The notes under the pieces are model-generated. The model searched no databases. It was not told where the DNA came from and worked only from the letters and a program-made list of their open reading frames with translations. Positions 61,855-64,000 of a DNA stretch of 64,000 bases are shown piece by piece. Position numbers and translations under genes: made by a program. The first letter of the stretch is position 1; the number at the start of each line of letters is the position of its first letter. Source of the DNA: Octopus sinensis (Eukaryota); NCBI RefSeq assembly GCF_006345805.1, contig NC_043007.1, positions 22,382,001 to 22,446,000 on the forward strand, written 5' to 3'.

Positions 61855-62612
61855 CACAATGTGTCTCCATCTTTCCTTTAACTTGAAAATACCCTCTTCC
61901 CAGAACTGATGCAGAGACCTGAATAAGTGGAAATCCGAAGGAGCAATATCTGGTGAATATGGAGGGTGGGGTAACACATCCCAGCTGAGCTGCAGCAATT
62001 TTTGTCTGGTTCCCAAAGCACCAAGTGCCGAAAATGAACTTTCTTATCTTCCATTTTTAAAGGGTTACAGAATTAATACAGGTTATAGGAACATACTCTT
62101 CCTCTTTATTCTTTTATTTGTTTCAGTCATTTGACTGTGGCCATGCTGGAGCACTGCCTTTAGTCGAGCAAATCGACCCCGGTACTTATTCTTTGTAATC
62201 CTAGTACTTATTCTATTGGTCTCTTTTGCCGAACCACTAAGTTATGGGGATGTAACAAACCAGCATCGATTGTCAAGCGATGTTGAAGGGACAAACACAG
62301 ACACACAAATGTATACACACACATACATATACACATATATATATACGACGAGCTACTTTCAGTTTCCGTCTACCAAATCTACTCACAAGGCTTTGGTTGG
62401 CCCGAGGCTATAGTAGAAGACATTTGCCCGGGACTGAGCCCAGAACCATGTGGTTGGTAAGCAAGCTACGTACCACACAGTCACTCCTACGCCATAAATC
62501 TTCTTCCACGTGCTCTAAATGGAGGTGTCGTCAAATCCTATTTTATGGACTCAAGAATAAGTCAAAAGCTAAGCTACTATAAATCGGCAAGAACCTTCTG
62601 GACAACCCAATA
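61855..62612 (-). mobile_element. Second copy of the deleted mariner, interrupted by a family A SINE
   Basis: Reverse-complement match to 55330-55790, including the same deletion junction (ttcccaaagca-caagtgccgaaaatg); left TIR ends ...ttctggacaacccaata at about 62612; SINE at 62095-62490; an additional internal deletion. Confidence 0.85.
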
Positions 62613-62704
62613 TTTTACTTCCTCTTGTTTCTATTTTCTCTGAAATGTTAGTATTTCTTTCTGAACACCTGTAATATTATTTTGTCCTTGTATTTCTTAT
62701 TTCT

Positions 62705-63482
62705 TTATTGCCTACAAGGGGCTAAACATAGAAGGGACAAACAAGGACGGACAAATGGATAAAGTCGATTACATCGACCCCAGTGCGTAACTGGTACTTA
62801 ATTTATCGACCCCGAAAGGATGAAAGGCAAAGTCGACCTCGGCGGAATTTGAACTCAGAACGTAGCGGCAGATGAAATACCTATTTTGTTACTACCCACA
62901 AGGGGCTAAATACAGAGGGGACAAACAAGGCCAGACAAAATGGATTAAGTCAATTATATCGACCCCAGTGCATAACTAGTACTTATTTAATCGACCCTGA
63001 AAGGATGAAAGGCAAAGTCGACCTCGGCGGAATTTGAACTCAGAACGTAACGGCAGACAAAATACCTATTTCTTTACTACCCACAAAGGGCTAAACACAG
63101 AGAGGACAAACAAGGCCAGACAAAATGGATTAAGTTGATTATATCGACCCAGTGCATAACTGGTACTTATTTAATCGACCCCGAAAGGATGAAAGGCAAA
63201 GTCGACCTCGGCGGAATTTGAACTCAGAACGTAACGGCAGACAAAATACCTATTTCTTTACTACCCACAAAGGGCTAAACACAGAGAGGACAAACAAGGA
63301 CAGACAAAATGGATTAAGTCAATTATATCGACCCCAGTGCGCAACTGGTACTTATTTAATCGACCCCGAAAGGATGAAAGGCAAAGTCGACCTCAGCGGA
63401 ATTTGAACTCAGAAATAACAGCAGACGAAATACTGATAAGCATTTCACCTGGTGCGCTAACGTTTCTGGCAGCTCACTCGCC
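62705..63482 (-). repeat. Head-to-tail tetramer of family B SINE, 184-185 bp period
   Basis: aaaggatgaaaggc recurs at 62815, 63000, 63184 and 63369; a single 5' head at about 63420-63482. Confidence 0.95.
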
Positions 63483-63666
63483 TTAGTCCTTGTATTTCTG
63501 TTGATGTAGAGGGGGTGGGGCAGTTATTTCCAGACTTCAAACTGCTTAATGATGAGTCATTCACTAATCCTCACAGATCTCACATACTTTATATTTTATA
63601 AACTTCTGTCCGCTATATTGACATGTGTCTTGACATGTCAGAACAGAATCTTTGTGTAAGTGTACA

Positions 63667-63709
<43 letters not shown>

Positions 63710-64000
63710 TATATATACATATACACTCATGCACATGCACATCACACACACAAACGCACATGCACACAAATGCACATGCACACATATGCACATACACACA
63801 CACATATACATACACACGCATGCACATGGACACACATACGCATACATGCACACACACATGCACACAAATCAACTACTAATTAGTATTTTATTCTTTTCCA
63901 AAGCATCAACGTTATTAATTTAAAATAATTAAAATAAATCTAAATGATAATTGGTCATGCTCTTTCTATTGTTTTTACTCCCGACGTTGGTTTCAGTTTG

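Overview
AT-rich eukaryotic genomic DNA, not prokaryotic: no CRISPR array, rRNA or true tRNA gene was found. The SINE families and microsatellite load point to an octopus (coleoid cephalopod) genome, which is an inference. The best-supported gene is a + strand DUF547-domain gene whose last five coding exons (24807-33501) splice in frame; its 5' exons were not found. Its intron 24965-28309 has U12 (minor spliceosome) signals and contains a 661-bp fold-back element with a telomere-like core. Orphan + strand exons at about 39-42 kb resemble, from memory, the region leading into the TEX14 pseudokinase domain. A CpG-rich candidate bidirectional promoter lies at about 50.75-51.15 kb with divergent GTAAGT donors. 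The rest is mostly mobile DNA: at least four tRNA-derived or RTE-tailed SINE families (including exact 184-185 bp head-to-tail multimers), fragments of Penelope, CR1, RTE, L1/Tx1 and HERO-type retroelements, internally deleted mariners, piggyBac-, Tc/pogo- and Merlin-type MITEs, Helentron-like elements, several near-perfect palindromes, and degenerate minimal hammerhead ribozyme motifs. No complete novel system could be demonstrated from the sequence alone. All family assignments are by visual motif recognition, with no database searches run.
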